From contig NC_045696.1 in the NCBI RefSeq assembly GCF_009834535.1, positions 119,476,001 through 119,540,000 on the forward strand: DNA of 64,000 bases, in the 5' to 3' direction. Positions 49,201 to 60,544 of the stretch are shown here, in pieces. A program made the translations under genes and the position numbers. Every line of letters starts with the position of its first letter. Positions within the stretch are counted from its first letter, which is position 1. The stretch is from Camelus ferus. Lineage: Eukaryota. The notes under the pieces were generated by a model. That model saw only the letters and a list, made by a program, of their open reading frames with translations, searched no databases and had not been told where the DNA came from.

Positions 49201-50239
49201 GAACTGTAGAATACGTCTTTAATCCCGGTGATCTGAACAGGATACAGCCAAGTGTGGTCACCAAAGGCTGTAATGTTCACAGAGTTCAAAAGTCTGCCAG
49301 ATCTTTATCTCACAAAGTCTAAAAATTCCAACAAGGAAATGAGAAACATGTAAACAGTTCCACCTCCGCCGGGCCCAGTACACCAGCATACGTGGAACCA
49401 ATTGTTTCCACTCCATATGGGATACTCATCAGCTTAATTACATGGAAAAAAAATTACTCAAGAACCAAAACTGCCCCAGTTTTTCATCAGAAGAAAACAA
49501 TAGGAGCTGAAAAATGTACTTTCTTCAAACAGAAAAGTAGGTGAAATCTTGGAAAGGATGGATCAGAAGTGAAGTGGTATTTAATTGCTTTTTTTTTTTT
49601 CCACCAGAGGAACTTAAAGGAGTCAGAAAATATACCCTCTTCACATAGAAAAACAGATAAAATGTTGGAAAATAGAGACTGAGAAGTTTTTAATGATCAG
49701 TCATAAATATGTATTTTTATTCTGCCTCAAGTGTTACAGTCAGAATTTGCTTTCAATATACGACATTTATCAGTTTGGTGGGAGCGGGGGGCGGGGGGCA
49801 GTCTGTCACGCCCTTCTTGCTTGGGGCTCAACTTGATTTAGAAGTACAGTTGAGTCTTTCTTCCAACAAAACATCTATTGAGGGCCTCTGATGTACCAGG
49901 CTGCCCCGTGCCCGTGGCAGTCACGTGGTCAGCCAGCTGCCTGCCTTCCCTTTCAGAGGAAGGGGTTCCTCAGAGGCCATCATCCAGTGTCCCGAGCAAC
50001 ATTAGACCTTCTTTTGAGCAGTCTTGATCCTCCCTCTGACGTCCGCCAAGAAAGAGGTGTTCAGCACGCTGTGTGGGAATATTAGAGAGAAATTATTGAC
50101 ATGCTCTTGCTCTGAAGAATGTCCAGAGGCTAGATCGTGGAAGGCTTTGGAAATCAGAGATCGAGTCTGCATCTCCAAGGCCGGGGTGGGATTCAAGTTC
50201 TTCCTCCCAGTCCTCAAAGAGTGCCCTCTAGGATGCAGC

Positions 50240-50390
50240 CACTGTGGTGAAGTAGAAAGAGTAAAGCCTTTGGTGTCCAACCAAACTGGGTTCAATCCTG
50301 GCTCAGTCACTTACCAGCCCTGTGACCTCAGGAAAGCTACTTATCTGCTCAGAACCTCACTTTTCTCATGAAAATAAAGAAATGAAGTTT
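50240..50390 (+). mobile_element. MIR SINE
   Basis: CTGGGTTCAATCCTGGCTCAGTCACTTACCAGCCCTGTGACCTCAGGAAAGCTACTT. Confidence 0.85.
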
Positions 50391-50401
50391 CCATTCTAGA
50401 G

Positions 50402-50700
50402 TCATACTGCCCAGACTATTTGTGACTATAACACTTGAAATGGAGCCAGTCCCGATTCAGATGTACTGAGTGTGACCTAAAATCAGTCAGATTCAGGAAA
50501 ACTTAGCAGGAAAAAAAAGAAAGGGAATTTAAAAATATCTCACAATTCTTTATACTGATTACATACTGAAATGATGACACTGGCTAGATTGAATTAAATG
50601 AAATATGTTATGAAAATTTATTTTCCCTGCTGCTTTTTATTTTTCTTACTGTCGCTACTGAAATGTTTACATTTCACAGCTGTAATGTTAGGCCAAGTAG
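50402..50700. mobile_element. MER33-like Charlie MITE
   Basis: ACTTGAAATGGAGCCAGTCCCGATTCAGATGTACTG; TATACTGATTACATACTGAAATGATGACA; GAAATATGTTATGAAAATT. Confidence 0.7.
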
Positions 50701-50814
50701 GAAGCAGTACTTTTTCTCTAATGGAAACTGGAAGTAGGATTTTGTTCCCTTAATGTCTTTAAGATCAGTGAGCACAGTCATTTGTAAACACGGCCAGCAG
50801 TTTCTATCCATGCC

Positions 50815-51183
50815 CTTTGGCTGGCTGTGTCCTTCTGCTCTGACTCTGGACAGGACTTGATACTTGCTTTGCCAAAGGGACTTTAGCAAACCCGATGCCA
50901 GCAGAGGCTGTCAAGCTGCTCGGACATCAGGGCTCGCTCTCTCGCTGCTCTTGGGAACGTGGCGGCCACCACTAAGTGAGTAAGGTCAGGCTAGCCAGCT
51001 GGATGATGGAAGATGCGTGGCTGCGTTTCCCCAGTTGCCCCTGCTGACACGGAGCGACCGCAGGACATGTAAACGAGGCCCCTACTGACCTGGTCTAGCT
51101 GACCTGTAGACTCATGAGAAATAGTGTTAATTGTTTTAACATAAATTTGGGGGTGTCTGGTGCAGCAAAAATTAACTGATAGA
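50815..51183 (+). mobile_element. MLT1 (G/H-like) LTR
   Basis: ACTTGCTTTGCCAAAGGGAC; CTCGCTGCTCTTGGGAAC; AGACTCATGAGAAATAGTG...GCAGCAAAAATTAACTGATA. Confidence 0.75.
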
Positions 51184-52401
51184 GTGTGGGTGGGTCCACA
51201 ACCACCGTGATGTTGGTAGACACTTCACCAGAGTCTAGGGAAGAATGGAGACTGGCAAAATTGCGTCAGTCTGGCCTCTGGTAGGGGTGACCTTTGTAAC
51301 TTCATTCATACACATACACATAGGTCATACGCACGTCATACACACACACACACATGCACGCACGCACGCACACACACGCACAATTCTCGGGGAAGTTGGA
51401 AATGTTGGTCCAGATAAATTGAAAATCTCACCCAGGGATTTTGGACATAAAGAGCTCTTTTTTCTGATGGCAGAAATACTTGGACACCCATACTGCTCTG
51501 GTAATTGTTTATTAATACCTGTTGACTGAGAACACGTGGAAAGCCCCTGCTGTACTTATATGCCTGTATGAAATGGAGGTAAAAGAGGGTTTGGATCAAT
51601 TTAAAAATTGTGCCACTTCTTCGCAGGGCTGGCTCAGCCCCAAAGTAGGACAAATGGCTCGTGGGAAAGAGTTGGGGCTAATTTTCAGCCCTTGTTTGAG
51701 GCCTTTCAGTTAGGCAGCCTTGGCCAGAGGTCGACTGATGCAACCACACAGTTTGAAATGAAATTATGTTTAGTTCAGAATGGAGGTGTCCAAATGAATT
51801 TGAAAAATAGTCATTCTTTATTCTACAGAGCCTTGGGAGTTGGAAGGGAACCAGATACTTCTTGCCATGATTTCACCCCTCCCCGAGGGTCTGCAGTCCA
51901 CAGCAGGTGGTTCAGCCCACTCCAGATCGTGTCTCATGGCCACATGGGGGCAAAGATCAGGAGGGGACCTTGTCCCTCTCTGCCCCAAACTCAGTTCACA
52001 GCTGCAGATCGAGAGTGAGAACTGGGAAGGAAAGTAAGATGACATTTAGCACTTTGTCCCAACAAACAGATCACAGGATTTGGTGCCAAATAAATCCCTT
52101 TACATTTTGTTCACACATTTTCTGTGTGTGAAAAAAAAAATGCGTACCAATGAATAATCTTAACGTCAAATTCTGAGTTATTAATAGCCCTTAGTTTTAG
52201 CCATGAGTTAATGTATTCACACAAGTATCCCAGCATAACCAAAGTGTACCACCTCGAAAGCAGCTTTGGTGTATCAAGTGTTCCCCGCCAAGGGCACAGA
52301 TTGTGTAGATGGGCATTGAACACTGTCCTGCACACCTCACATCCAGCCAGACGCTGAGGTGAAGGAAATAGCAAAATAAGCCTTTACTTCTGTTAACTCT
52401 T

Positions 52402-52917
52402 TTTTAAAAAAAAAATTTTTTTTTTATTGAAGTACAGTCAGTTTACAGTGTTGTGTCAGCTTCTGGTGTACAGCATAATGCTTCAGTCATACATGTACAC
52501 ATATATATTCCTTTTCATATTCTTTTTCATTATAGGTAATTACAAGATATTGACTATAGTTCCCTGTGCTCTACAGAAGGACCTTGTTGTTTATCTATGT
52601 TATATTTAGTAGTTAGTATCTGCAAAACCTGAGCTCCCAATTTAGCCCTCCCTCTACCCCTTTCCCCACTGGTAACCATAAGTTTGTTTCTATGTCTGTG
52701 AGTCTGTTTCCATTTTGTAAATAAGTATATTTGTCTTTTTTTTTTTTTTAGAGTCTACATATAAGTGATATCATATCATATTTTTCTTTTTCTTTCTGGC
52801 TTACTTCACTTAGAATGGCGATCTCCAGGTCCATCCATGTTGCTGCAAATGGCATTATTTTATTCTTCATTATGGCTGAGTAGTATTCCACTGTATAAAT
52901 AGACCACAACTTCTACA
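52402..52917 (-). mobile_element. 5'-truncated L1 with TSD
   Basis: Antisense L1 3' end. TSD TCTGTTAACTCTT (52389-401 / 52918-30). Confidence 0.95.
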
Positions 52918-53268
52918 TCTGTTAACTCTTCTCTCGAGACTGCCCGATCCTTTGAAACAATGCCTTGTGTTTGTATACAGTGTTCACTTTTGCTAGGCCC
53001 TTTTATTAAACCAAAAATCATAAACCACAGAACGATTTTGAAGAATTAACATGAACTTTTGTTTTCACAATAATCTCATGGGATAACATGGCCAGGATTA
53101 TGTTTTTGCTTGCCTAAGAAATGGGGGATATTGAGGGAAGAGATGATAGGCTGAAATTATTAGCAGAACCAGTCAATGCAGGGCTCTCTCCACTACACGA
53201 AGCTGCTTTACATAGGGCAGGGCTAATTCACAAGCACCGTATTTTTCAGCTGTTTAGTTAACGCGAGG

Positions 53269-53672
53269 CAGTGGTGCAGTGGTAAATGTTTAACAACTGG
53301 ATCTCCAAGTGAAAATGTGCTTGCCAGCTCCCGTGGTGTAAATGCTCCCTGCACCGCTGGTTTGTGGGTACCCTGTGATGACTTTGGATGCAGGGTTGGG
53401 AGACCTACGGTCGCACGTCATTATTGTGCATGCATTCATACAGATGGAGTAGCCGCCACCTGAGCAACATGGTTATAGCAAAATGTGGTCAAACAATTAG
53501 GAAGTGAAGAGTTTTGAGTGTTTATTACCTTGGTTTTTAAACATAGTTTATTTACTTGTGAGTTTATACAGTTTAATTTTTTTAAGAATGGCTGTATTTA
53601 ATAAGCAGTCACCAGATTCCTGAAGATTTAACAGTTGTCTCTCACCAGTCCAGGCGTAGGAAGCCTCTCTGC
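53269..53672. mobile_element. MER63 (A/B-like)
   Basis: CAGTGGTGCAGTGGTAAATGTTTAACAACTGG; AATTAGGAAGTGAAGAGTTTTGAGTG; ATTCCTGAAGATTTAACAGTTG. Confidence 0.88.
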
Positions 53673-53716
53673 ATGCCTCTGACCCAAGCTCTCCTTGCAA
53701 GTGCTTTGAAACTTAA

Positions 53717-53816
53717 TGTATTTTATTATTATTTTTAAATGGATATACTGGGGATTGAACTCAGTACTTCTCGCATGCTAAGCAGATGCTCTGCCACTGA
53801 GCTATACCCTCCCCTT
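53717..53816 (-). mobile_element. Camelid tRNA-Ala-derived SINE (short form)
   Basis: TACTGGGGATTGAACTCAG...CATGCTAAGC...CACTGAGCTATACCCTCCCC. TSD CAAGTGCTTTGAAA (53698-711 / 53817-30). Confidence 0.93.
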
Positions 53817-54748
53817 CAAGTGCTTTGAAATTTAAAATAAAATAAATACACCCCTAGGGGACACAGCTAGTTGTACGCCCCAACACCCCGCTCCCCAACC
53901 AACACACACATTTTGAGAATTTGGGATTATACAAGTGAATGCATAGCCATTTGTGGATGGTCTGGGCTAAAATTCAAAGTCCTGGAGTCAGTGGGCCAAG
54001 GACTGTTCATACAGTTAAGGTATAAATGACTGAACATCGTTCAGACGACCTTCCAGAAGCCCAGAACAAAGAAAATCACCCTTTTGCTGCAGAAAAAGAG
54101 AGTACATGGGCCCTGAGTTATTCAGCCTGGCTCTTGACCAAACTCAACCAGGTAATTATACAGGTCTTACGTTGACTAGTCCTATATTGGCCTAAGGTTT
54201 AGGTTTGGGACGTAAAATGTTGGGAAAGACAGTGGAAGCTCCCCACCCATCATTTTACGGGTGAGGAAACTGAACAGACCCAAGACTAGAGTGAGGTGGA
54301 GGAGACATGAGGTGGGGTGTGAAATTTAAGAAGACCTGCATCCTCAGGGTGGAGTAAGTTGGTCAGTGCTGAGCGTGCCTCTGTAAATTTTGTGCCCTGG
54401 GCACCTCAGTTGCCTCACCCTTAATGCTGGTCCTGAAACTGACCCCCAGAGAGCCAGGTTCATCTGACTAGTTGGCATCAGAGCTGAAACTAACATAGGT
54501 CCTCCACCCCCTGATCTGGCACCTTCCCCTACAGTAGGCTGCGTCCAGCTTTGCCTGCGCTTCCGGGGAGAGAACTTCAAAGCTGAGCAGGATGTTTGTT
54601 GCACAGCTGGGCCAGCGGTTCTCCATCCAGGCAGCGCATTAGGCATCCTGAGGGAGTTTTAAACATTCTCACTCCTGGGTTCCCCCCTCTGAGTTTGAAA
54701 TCAATTGTTCCTAGATGGGCCCCGAAAACATTTTGGTTTATTTACTTT

Positions 54749-54889
54749 TTAATTTAATTTTTTATTTTGTGGGGGAGGGGAGGTCATTAGGTTTGCTTAT
54801 TTATTTTTTAGAGGAGGTACTGGCGATTGAACCCAGGGCCTCATGCATGCTAAGCATGCCCTCAGCCACTTAAGCTGCACCCTCCCTCC
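54749..54889 (-). mobile_element. Camelid tRNA-Ala-derived SINE inside a MER5A-like element
   Basis: GGAGGTACTGGCGATTGAACCCAGGGCCTCATGCATGCTAAGC. TSD TGGTTTATTTACTTT (54734-48 / 54890-904). Host has CAGCGGTTCTC...TTGAGAACCACTG TIRs (~54613-54951). Confidence 0.92.
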
Positions 54890-55330
54890 TGGTTTATTTA
54901 CTTTCAAAGCTCCTCTTTGATGATTATGTGCAGCTGAGGTTGAGAACCACTGCATAATGATGGCAATGAAAATAATAACTGTGCTGTGAAAGACCATGTT
55001 AGTTAAGGAGTGGGTTCTATTTACGCCAGGCTGTGGAATATCAGTGTCTGTGTCTTTTCCCATTGTTACTGTTAATTCAGTGTATTCTCTGAGTCCACAA
55101 AAAAACTATATGGTTTTTTAAAAACAAAAACAAAAAACAAGCAGGGAGCACCTTAGCCTGGATTAAGACCCTCGGCAGGATTTGCTCCAGGCATAGGGAT
55201 CTTAAGAGCAAGACTAGACCTCACTCAGCACAAGGTAATCACCCCACCCGGCCAGACTTCTGCACGCGATGGGGAAAAATGCTTGTAAGGCAAATCAATA
55301 TGTAAATAAAGGGAAAGTTTATTACTCTTT

Positions 55331-55415
55331 TTTTTTAATGGAGGCACTGGGGAGTGAACCCAGGACCTTGTGCATGCTAAGCAGCTGCTCTACCACTGAG
55401 TTATACCTTCCCCTC
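55331..55415 (-). mobile_element. Camelid tRNA-Ala-derived SINE (short form)
   Basis: ATGGAGGCACTGGGGAGTGAACCCAGGACCTTGTGCATGCTAAGC. TSD AAAGTTTATTA(C/T)TCTTT (55314-30 / 55419-35). Confidence 0.92.
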
Positions 55416-55724
55416 AAAAAAGTTTATTATTCTTTAGAAGGAAAGGTGACAAACTATTTTTAAGTACTTGTAAAATTATTTTGAATGGAGCCCTTTGACC
55501 AAATGATGACTTTGCTCATTTACAAATCACTTTTCCTGTGGGTTGAAACACAGAAGACCTTTCAAGGCATCAAGCTATTTTCCCTTTTGTATCAGTGTTT
55601 GTCGGGGATTTGTGAGTAAGAGTTCTGCATTTATTCAAGAAGACCCTAAAAGACAGGCTTTTCACGAACACAGGTAGGCCCAGAAATCCCTGTTTCACAC
55701 AAGAGAAATGTAAACTCTATCAGA

Positions 55725-56595
55725 AGAAAAGGCCAAAAGCTAGGCCTCTTCCACCGAGCAGTTGACCATGTTATGAACGCAAAGGAAGAGTTCTTGAAGG
55801 AATTTAAAGTGCTGCCCCAGGGAACACACCAGTGATAAGAAAGGGAAACAGAAGGGGTGTAGCTCAAGAGGTAGAGCGCATGCTTAGTATACACAAGGTC
55901 CTGGGTTCAATCCTCGTACCTCCTCTAAAAATAAATAAATATGTAAACCCTCCCCCCCAAAAAAATTTTTTTAAAAAAACAACATTGTAAACTGACTATA
56001 CCTCAATTAAAAAAGAAAAGAAATATTAGAAAGAAAAAAGAAAGGGAAACAGCCGTGTTGCCGACGTGGAGGAAGTCTGAGTGGTCTGAGTAGAAGGTCA
56101 AACCAAACACCACGTTCCCTTAAGCCAAAGCCTCGTCCTGAGCAAGACCCTCACTCTCTTCACCTCTGTGAAGACTGAGAGGTGAAGAAGCTGCAGAAGG
56201 AAAGTCTGAGGCCGGCAGAGGTTGGTTCATGAGGTTTAAGGAAAGAAGCCGTCTCTGCGACGTGGAAGCGCGAAGTGAAGCCGCAGGCGCTGACGCAGGA
56301 GCTGCAGCAGGTTCTCAGGAAGGTCGAGCGCAGAGCCCTTGTGGAGGTGCCGCGCTGAGCAACAAGGTTTTTTGATGTAGAGGGAGCAGCCTTCTACTGG
56401 AAGAGCATGCCGTCTAGGACTGTCATAGCCGGAGAGGACAAGTCAGTGCATGGCTTCCAAGCTTCACAGGACAGGCTGACTCTCTTGTTAGGGCTAATGC
56501 AGCTGGTGCCTGTCATGTGAAGCCAGTGCTCCTTCACCATTCCGAAAATTCTGGGGCCCTAAGAATGATGCTAAATCTACCCTGCCTGTGTTCTA
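55725..56595 (+). pseudogene. Tigger1 transposase fragment (CENP-B HTH plus start of DDE), disrupted
   Basis: Translates across breaks to GQKLGL..VMNAKEEFLKE, GWFMRFKERSRL, AFYWKSMPSRTVIAGEDKSVHGFQASQDRLTLLL and ALRMMLNL/KSTLPVF, matching the Tigger1 ORF. Confidence 0.92.
55852..56037 (+). mobile_element. Camelid SINE fused to an L1 terminal fragment, inside Tigger1
   Basis: SINE head at 55852, then CAACATTGTAAACTGACTATACCTCAATTAAAAAAG at 55980. Single TSD AAGAAAGGGAAACAG (55837-51 / 56038-52). Confidence 0.9.
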
Positions 56596-56992
56596 GTAAT
56601 TTTCAGGAATTCTGAGAGCTGGCTGTTAAACATGACCATAATTAAAATTTAGATTATGTAAACTTACACCTAAATAAATAATTTTTTAAAGATTATAAAT
56701 ACTCAAAATTTCCATTTCCCATTTATTTTACTAAATTTCTCTACTATCTATGCTCTGGAGTTTATTTACATCTATCAACTCTGGATGTAGGAAACCCTAT
56801 AAACCAATATACTGCTGCCCAGCTCTTTCCAACACCACTTTCAGTGACCTGTTGGTAGCTCAAAATGGATCATGTGAAAGTATTAACACAACAGAAACGA
56901 GCAGTTTCTACAAATCAAGGCACCCCCTCCTCCCCAAACGCCCCCCAACACCCCTCCCCCATCCGTTGTTACACATTTGCCATCGCACCCCC
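56596..56992. mobile_element. MER63, truncated, opposite orientation to the other three copies
   Basis: AATTTTCAGGAATTCTGAGAGCTGGCTGTTAAAC; TTCAGTGACCTGTTGGTAGCTC; GTTGTTACACATTTGCCATCGCACC. Confidence 0.85.
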
Positions 56993-57919
56993 TGGTTATG
57001 CTATATTTCCCACAAAAGCCTCCAGTAAGCAAACTTTCTTCAACAGGAAAAAAAAAATCACTGAATTCTCTAGAAAGCAGTATTTTCTTCTCCCAGTTTC
57101 TAACATTCACTTGTGTAAATTTCAGGTGGACAAAACAACCAGTGGATTAACTGGATTTTTCTTTCTCCCGCCTGGTGGTCTGACCATGTGCAGGCAGCTG
57201 CTGTTAACGCCATCAATCAAATAGGTTCTGACACCACCAGCGATGACTTCTCCCCCCACCATCGCCCTGCAGTCTCTTCCGCTAGCTTCTTCCGAGAGAA
57301 AGTTTAGATGTATGAAAATCACTCATTATTATTTAACTGGGTCAGCAGCTGAGCTGGTTATGAAACGTCTGTCTGAATCGGAAATGTGGGTATAAACTGC
57401 CAGACTTTAAAGAATTAAAAAAAAAATAATAAAATAGATGGTAAATGTGGAGAGGAGTAGGATTATTCCCTTTGAAAGCCAGTGACTCCAGCCAGATTCC
57501 TCCCCAGATCCCATTCCGGCTCCCAGATGATGCAGCTCAGCTCCCCCAGTGGAGTGCATTACGCTGTCTTTAAAGACTCAGCGCTAATGGGATGCTGAGA
57601 AAATCAATCCGTTCTTAGTTTGCAGGCCTGCTGCTTGGTAAATGGAAAGCAAATTCTTTCTTCTTCTTTGCAGGCAGAAAGAAGCCCTGGGAGGGGCCTG
57701 GGTTCTACCCTTCACACGCCGTATCTGTGCTTGCCGTACGCTCAGTCCAGAAAGTCCGGGTGCGCGTATCCACTCTCAACTCAACGGGGAGACATCTCTC
57801 TGTGTGTCTGCCTGTCTCTCTCTCTCTGTGTCTCTCTTTCTCTCTCCTCTGAAGAGGGCACACATCATCATGTAGTGCTTTCTGAAGAGAAATATTCAAT
57901 TGACACCCAGCATCCATAA

Positions 57920-58120
57920 TCATATCTACCATTTATTAAGCATTTACCATGTACCATGTATCATGCTTTCAACATTTTTTTTTAACAACCCCATAAGGTA
58001 GGTTGTATTTTTATCCCCATTTCACTGTTGAGCAAACCAGGGGAGATAAATGGACCAAGGTCACTGTAAGGAGCAGAGTCTGGATTTAAACCCAGTTCTG
58101 TTGACTGCAAACCTAGGGCC
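57920..58120 (-). mobile_element. MIR SINE
   Basis: CTACCATTTATTAAGCATTTACCATGTACCA...AACAACCCCATAAGGTAGGT...ATCCCCATTTCAC...GGATTTAAACCCAG. Confidence 0.85.
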
Positions 58121-58492
58121 ACAAGACACTTCGTTCCACACCGAAGGTGAAGTCTCAGTGAGAGCCAGAACCAAGTGAAAGCTATGGGCAGTGTCAGGCT
58201 TGCCACAAGGACCTCTGCTAAGAGTGAGAATACATCGCCTCTCAGGAAGATAGTGAGCCCCTGGCGTTGAAGGGTTGCAAGAGAAATGGAAAGAACACTT
58301 CCTGGTGTGGGCTTCCCAGGGGGGCCGGCTGCTTGTTCAGGGAAGAGTAACTGCTCAAAGCTGCTGCTTCCTAAAGCTGATTGTTCACCAGAGAATATAT
58401 TTTTGGTAAGAAAGCAGACTTGTTCTATAAAACCAGATTAGAAACAAAGGGCAAAAGTGCAAGGATTTGGGCCATGATGAGGAAGGACTTCT

Positions 58493-58609
58493 TTTGCTAG
58501 GTTCCAGTCTTTTTTCGATGGTTGTTTAGCATTCAGTTGTCGTTTCGTTGTAGTTGTGAAGAGAGGTGAGCTCTTGGTCCTACCACCCCGCCATCTTGAC
58601 CGGAACTCA
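58493..58609 (-). mobile_element. Isolated L1 5'-UTR first ~117 nt, tailless, with TSD
   Basis: The - strand reads GAGTTCCGGTCAAGATGGCGG...GAGCTCACCTC...AAAAAAGACTGGAACCTAGCAAA, similar to the start of the L1 at 46790-46905. TSD AGGAAGGACTTCT (58480-92 / 58610-22). Confidence 0.88.
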
Positions 58610-58867
58610 AGGAAGGACTTCTCTGAAGTCCATGCAGTGGACCAGGCCTCTCTGGAACACTGACCTTCTCTCTAGGAGGCTGTTTACGAAGAAGCTGATA
58701 GGCACACACAGCGTTCCTTTTGCCTCCACCCTTGTCCAGGACATCACTCAGAATTTTGCCCCGGTTTCCTAACTGATCCCTCTTCCCAACCAAGCTCATC
58801 CTCACCACCACCATTCAAAACACAGTCTTACTTTTTAATTCTCTGGCTTAAAGACCTCTCCACTCAC

Positions 58868-59280
58868 GTTGGCAGGTTGAGTTCCCAGGGAAGCAGAATG
58901 AGAGAAAGACAAGCCTATGGGATGTTTATCAGGGAGGGAGCTTAGAGTGAACACCTGTGGAAGGGAGGGAAGGAGGCTGGATGGGACACACGGAGAAGGC
59001 ATTGCAGCAAGCACGTCAGCTCATTCCCCGGGGGAGTTCTGAAGCTGGGTGGCCCTTCAGAGTTCTCCTGAACTGGGGTGAGATGGACAGAGTCTTTATA
59101 CTCCTGTGCAGGCCAGTCGTTAGATGTAGACTGTCCTAGGAAGCTGGCGTGAGCTTGGACAAGCTGGCTATCTTCAGAAAAAAGAGTGGAAGAGGGCTGA
59201 GAGTAAGGGCTGTCTGTGAGCAGTACTCCCTGAAGCCAAAAGAATAAACCCTCTAGTCCTGAAAGGGGACTCACAGTCTA
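58868..59280 (-). mobile_element. ERVL LTR16C-like LTR
   Basis: GTTCCCAGGGAAGCAGA...AACACCTGTGGAAGGGAGGGAAGG...GGCCCTTCAGAGTT...CTTTATACTCCTG. Confidence 0.78.
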
Positions 59281-59424
59281 GCCTCTGCTACCTCTCCAAC
59301 CCCATCTTTCTGCCTTCCTATTGCCTAACCTGGGTCCATTAAACTTCTCAGGAGATTCCTGAACATGCTGCCACTTTCATGATTGGTACATGCTGTTCCC
59401 TCTTACTCGGGTGCCCTTTCCTGC

Positions 59425-60385
59425 TGTACTAGTTTCCTATGGCTGCTGTAACAAATTACCACAAACTTGGTGGCTTGAAACAATACACATTATATGAAAA
59501 AAGAATTAAATAATGTCATTTGCAGCAATGTAGATGGACCTAGAGATTATCATACTACATGAAGTAAGTCAGACAGAGAAAGAGAAATATATGATATTGC
59601 TTACATGTGGAATCCAAAAAAAAAAAAAATGATACTAATGAACATATTTACAAACCAGAAATAAATTCACAGGCACAGAAAACAAATTTATGGTTACCAA
59701 AGGGGAAAGGGAGGAAGGGGTAAATTGGGAGTTCTGGATTTGCAGATACTACTACTATACATAGAATAGATAAACAACAAGGACCTACTGTACAGCACAG
59801 GGAACTGTATTCAATATCTTGTAATAACCTATAATGGAAAAGAATCTGAAAAAAGAATATATATGTATATATGTATAACTGAATCACTTTTCTGTATACC
59901 TGAAACATTGTAAATCAACTATATTTCAATTTTAAAAATTATTAAACACACACACACACATTTTATTCTCTTATAGTCCTGAAGCTCAAAAGTCTGACAT
60001 CAGTTTCACAATGCCCCCTCAGGGAGCTCTGGAGAAGAACTGGTTTCCTCCTCTTTCCCAGCCCCTAGAGCTGCATTCTCTGCACACCTTGGCTCATGGT
60101 TCCTTCCTCCATCTTCAAAGCCAACAGCCAAGCACCTTGCTTCGTTGTCACATTGACTTCTACTGCTGCTTCATTGTCACGTTGACTTCTGCTACGTCTC
60201 CCTTTGTCTCCCTCTTATAACACTTGTGACTACATTTAGGGTCCAGCAGGATAATACAGGATAATCTCTCATCTCAAGATACTTAAGCACATTTGTAAGT
60301 CTCTTTTATCATTTGAGGTAACATTCACAGGCTCCTGGGATTAGGGTGTGGATATCTTTGAGGGCCATTATCCACCCGACCTCAT
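59425..60385 (-). mobile_element. MLT1 (B/C-like) LTR split by an L1
   Basis: TGTACTAGTTTCCTATGGCTGCTGTAACAAATTACCACAAACTTGGTGGCTT; resumes TTTATTCTCTTATAG after the L1; ends GGGCCATTATCCACCCGACC. Confidence 0.88.
59495..59942 (+). mobile_element. 5'-truncated L1
   Basis: GTCATTTGCAGCAATGTAGATGGACCTAGAGATTATCATAC through ACATTGTAAATCAACTATATTTCAAT. Confidence 0.93.
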
Positions 60386-60544
60386 ATGCCTTGACCACCT
60401 ACCTCTCTTTCAGGTCTCAGTGCCATTGTCACTTCTTCTGCAGAACTGTCCCTGACACTCTCAGGTACATGAAATGGGCACCCCTTTTTATTCCCTACAA
60501 CTTTGTCCATGTCTTCAATCTATCAGTCACCCTGTTACACTGTA

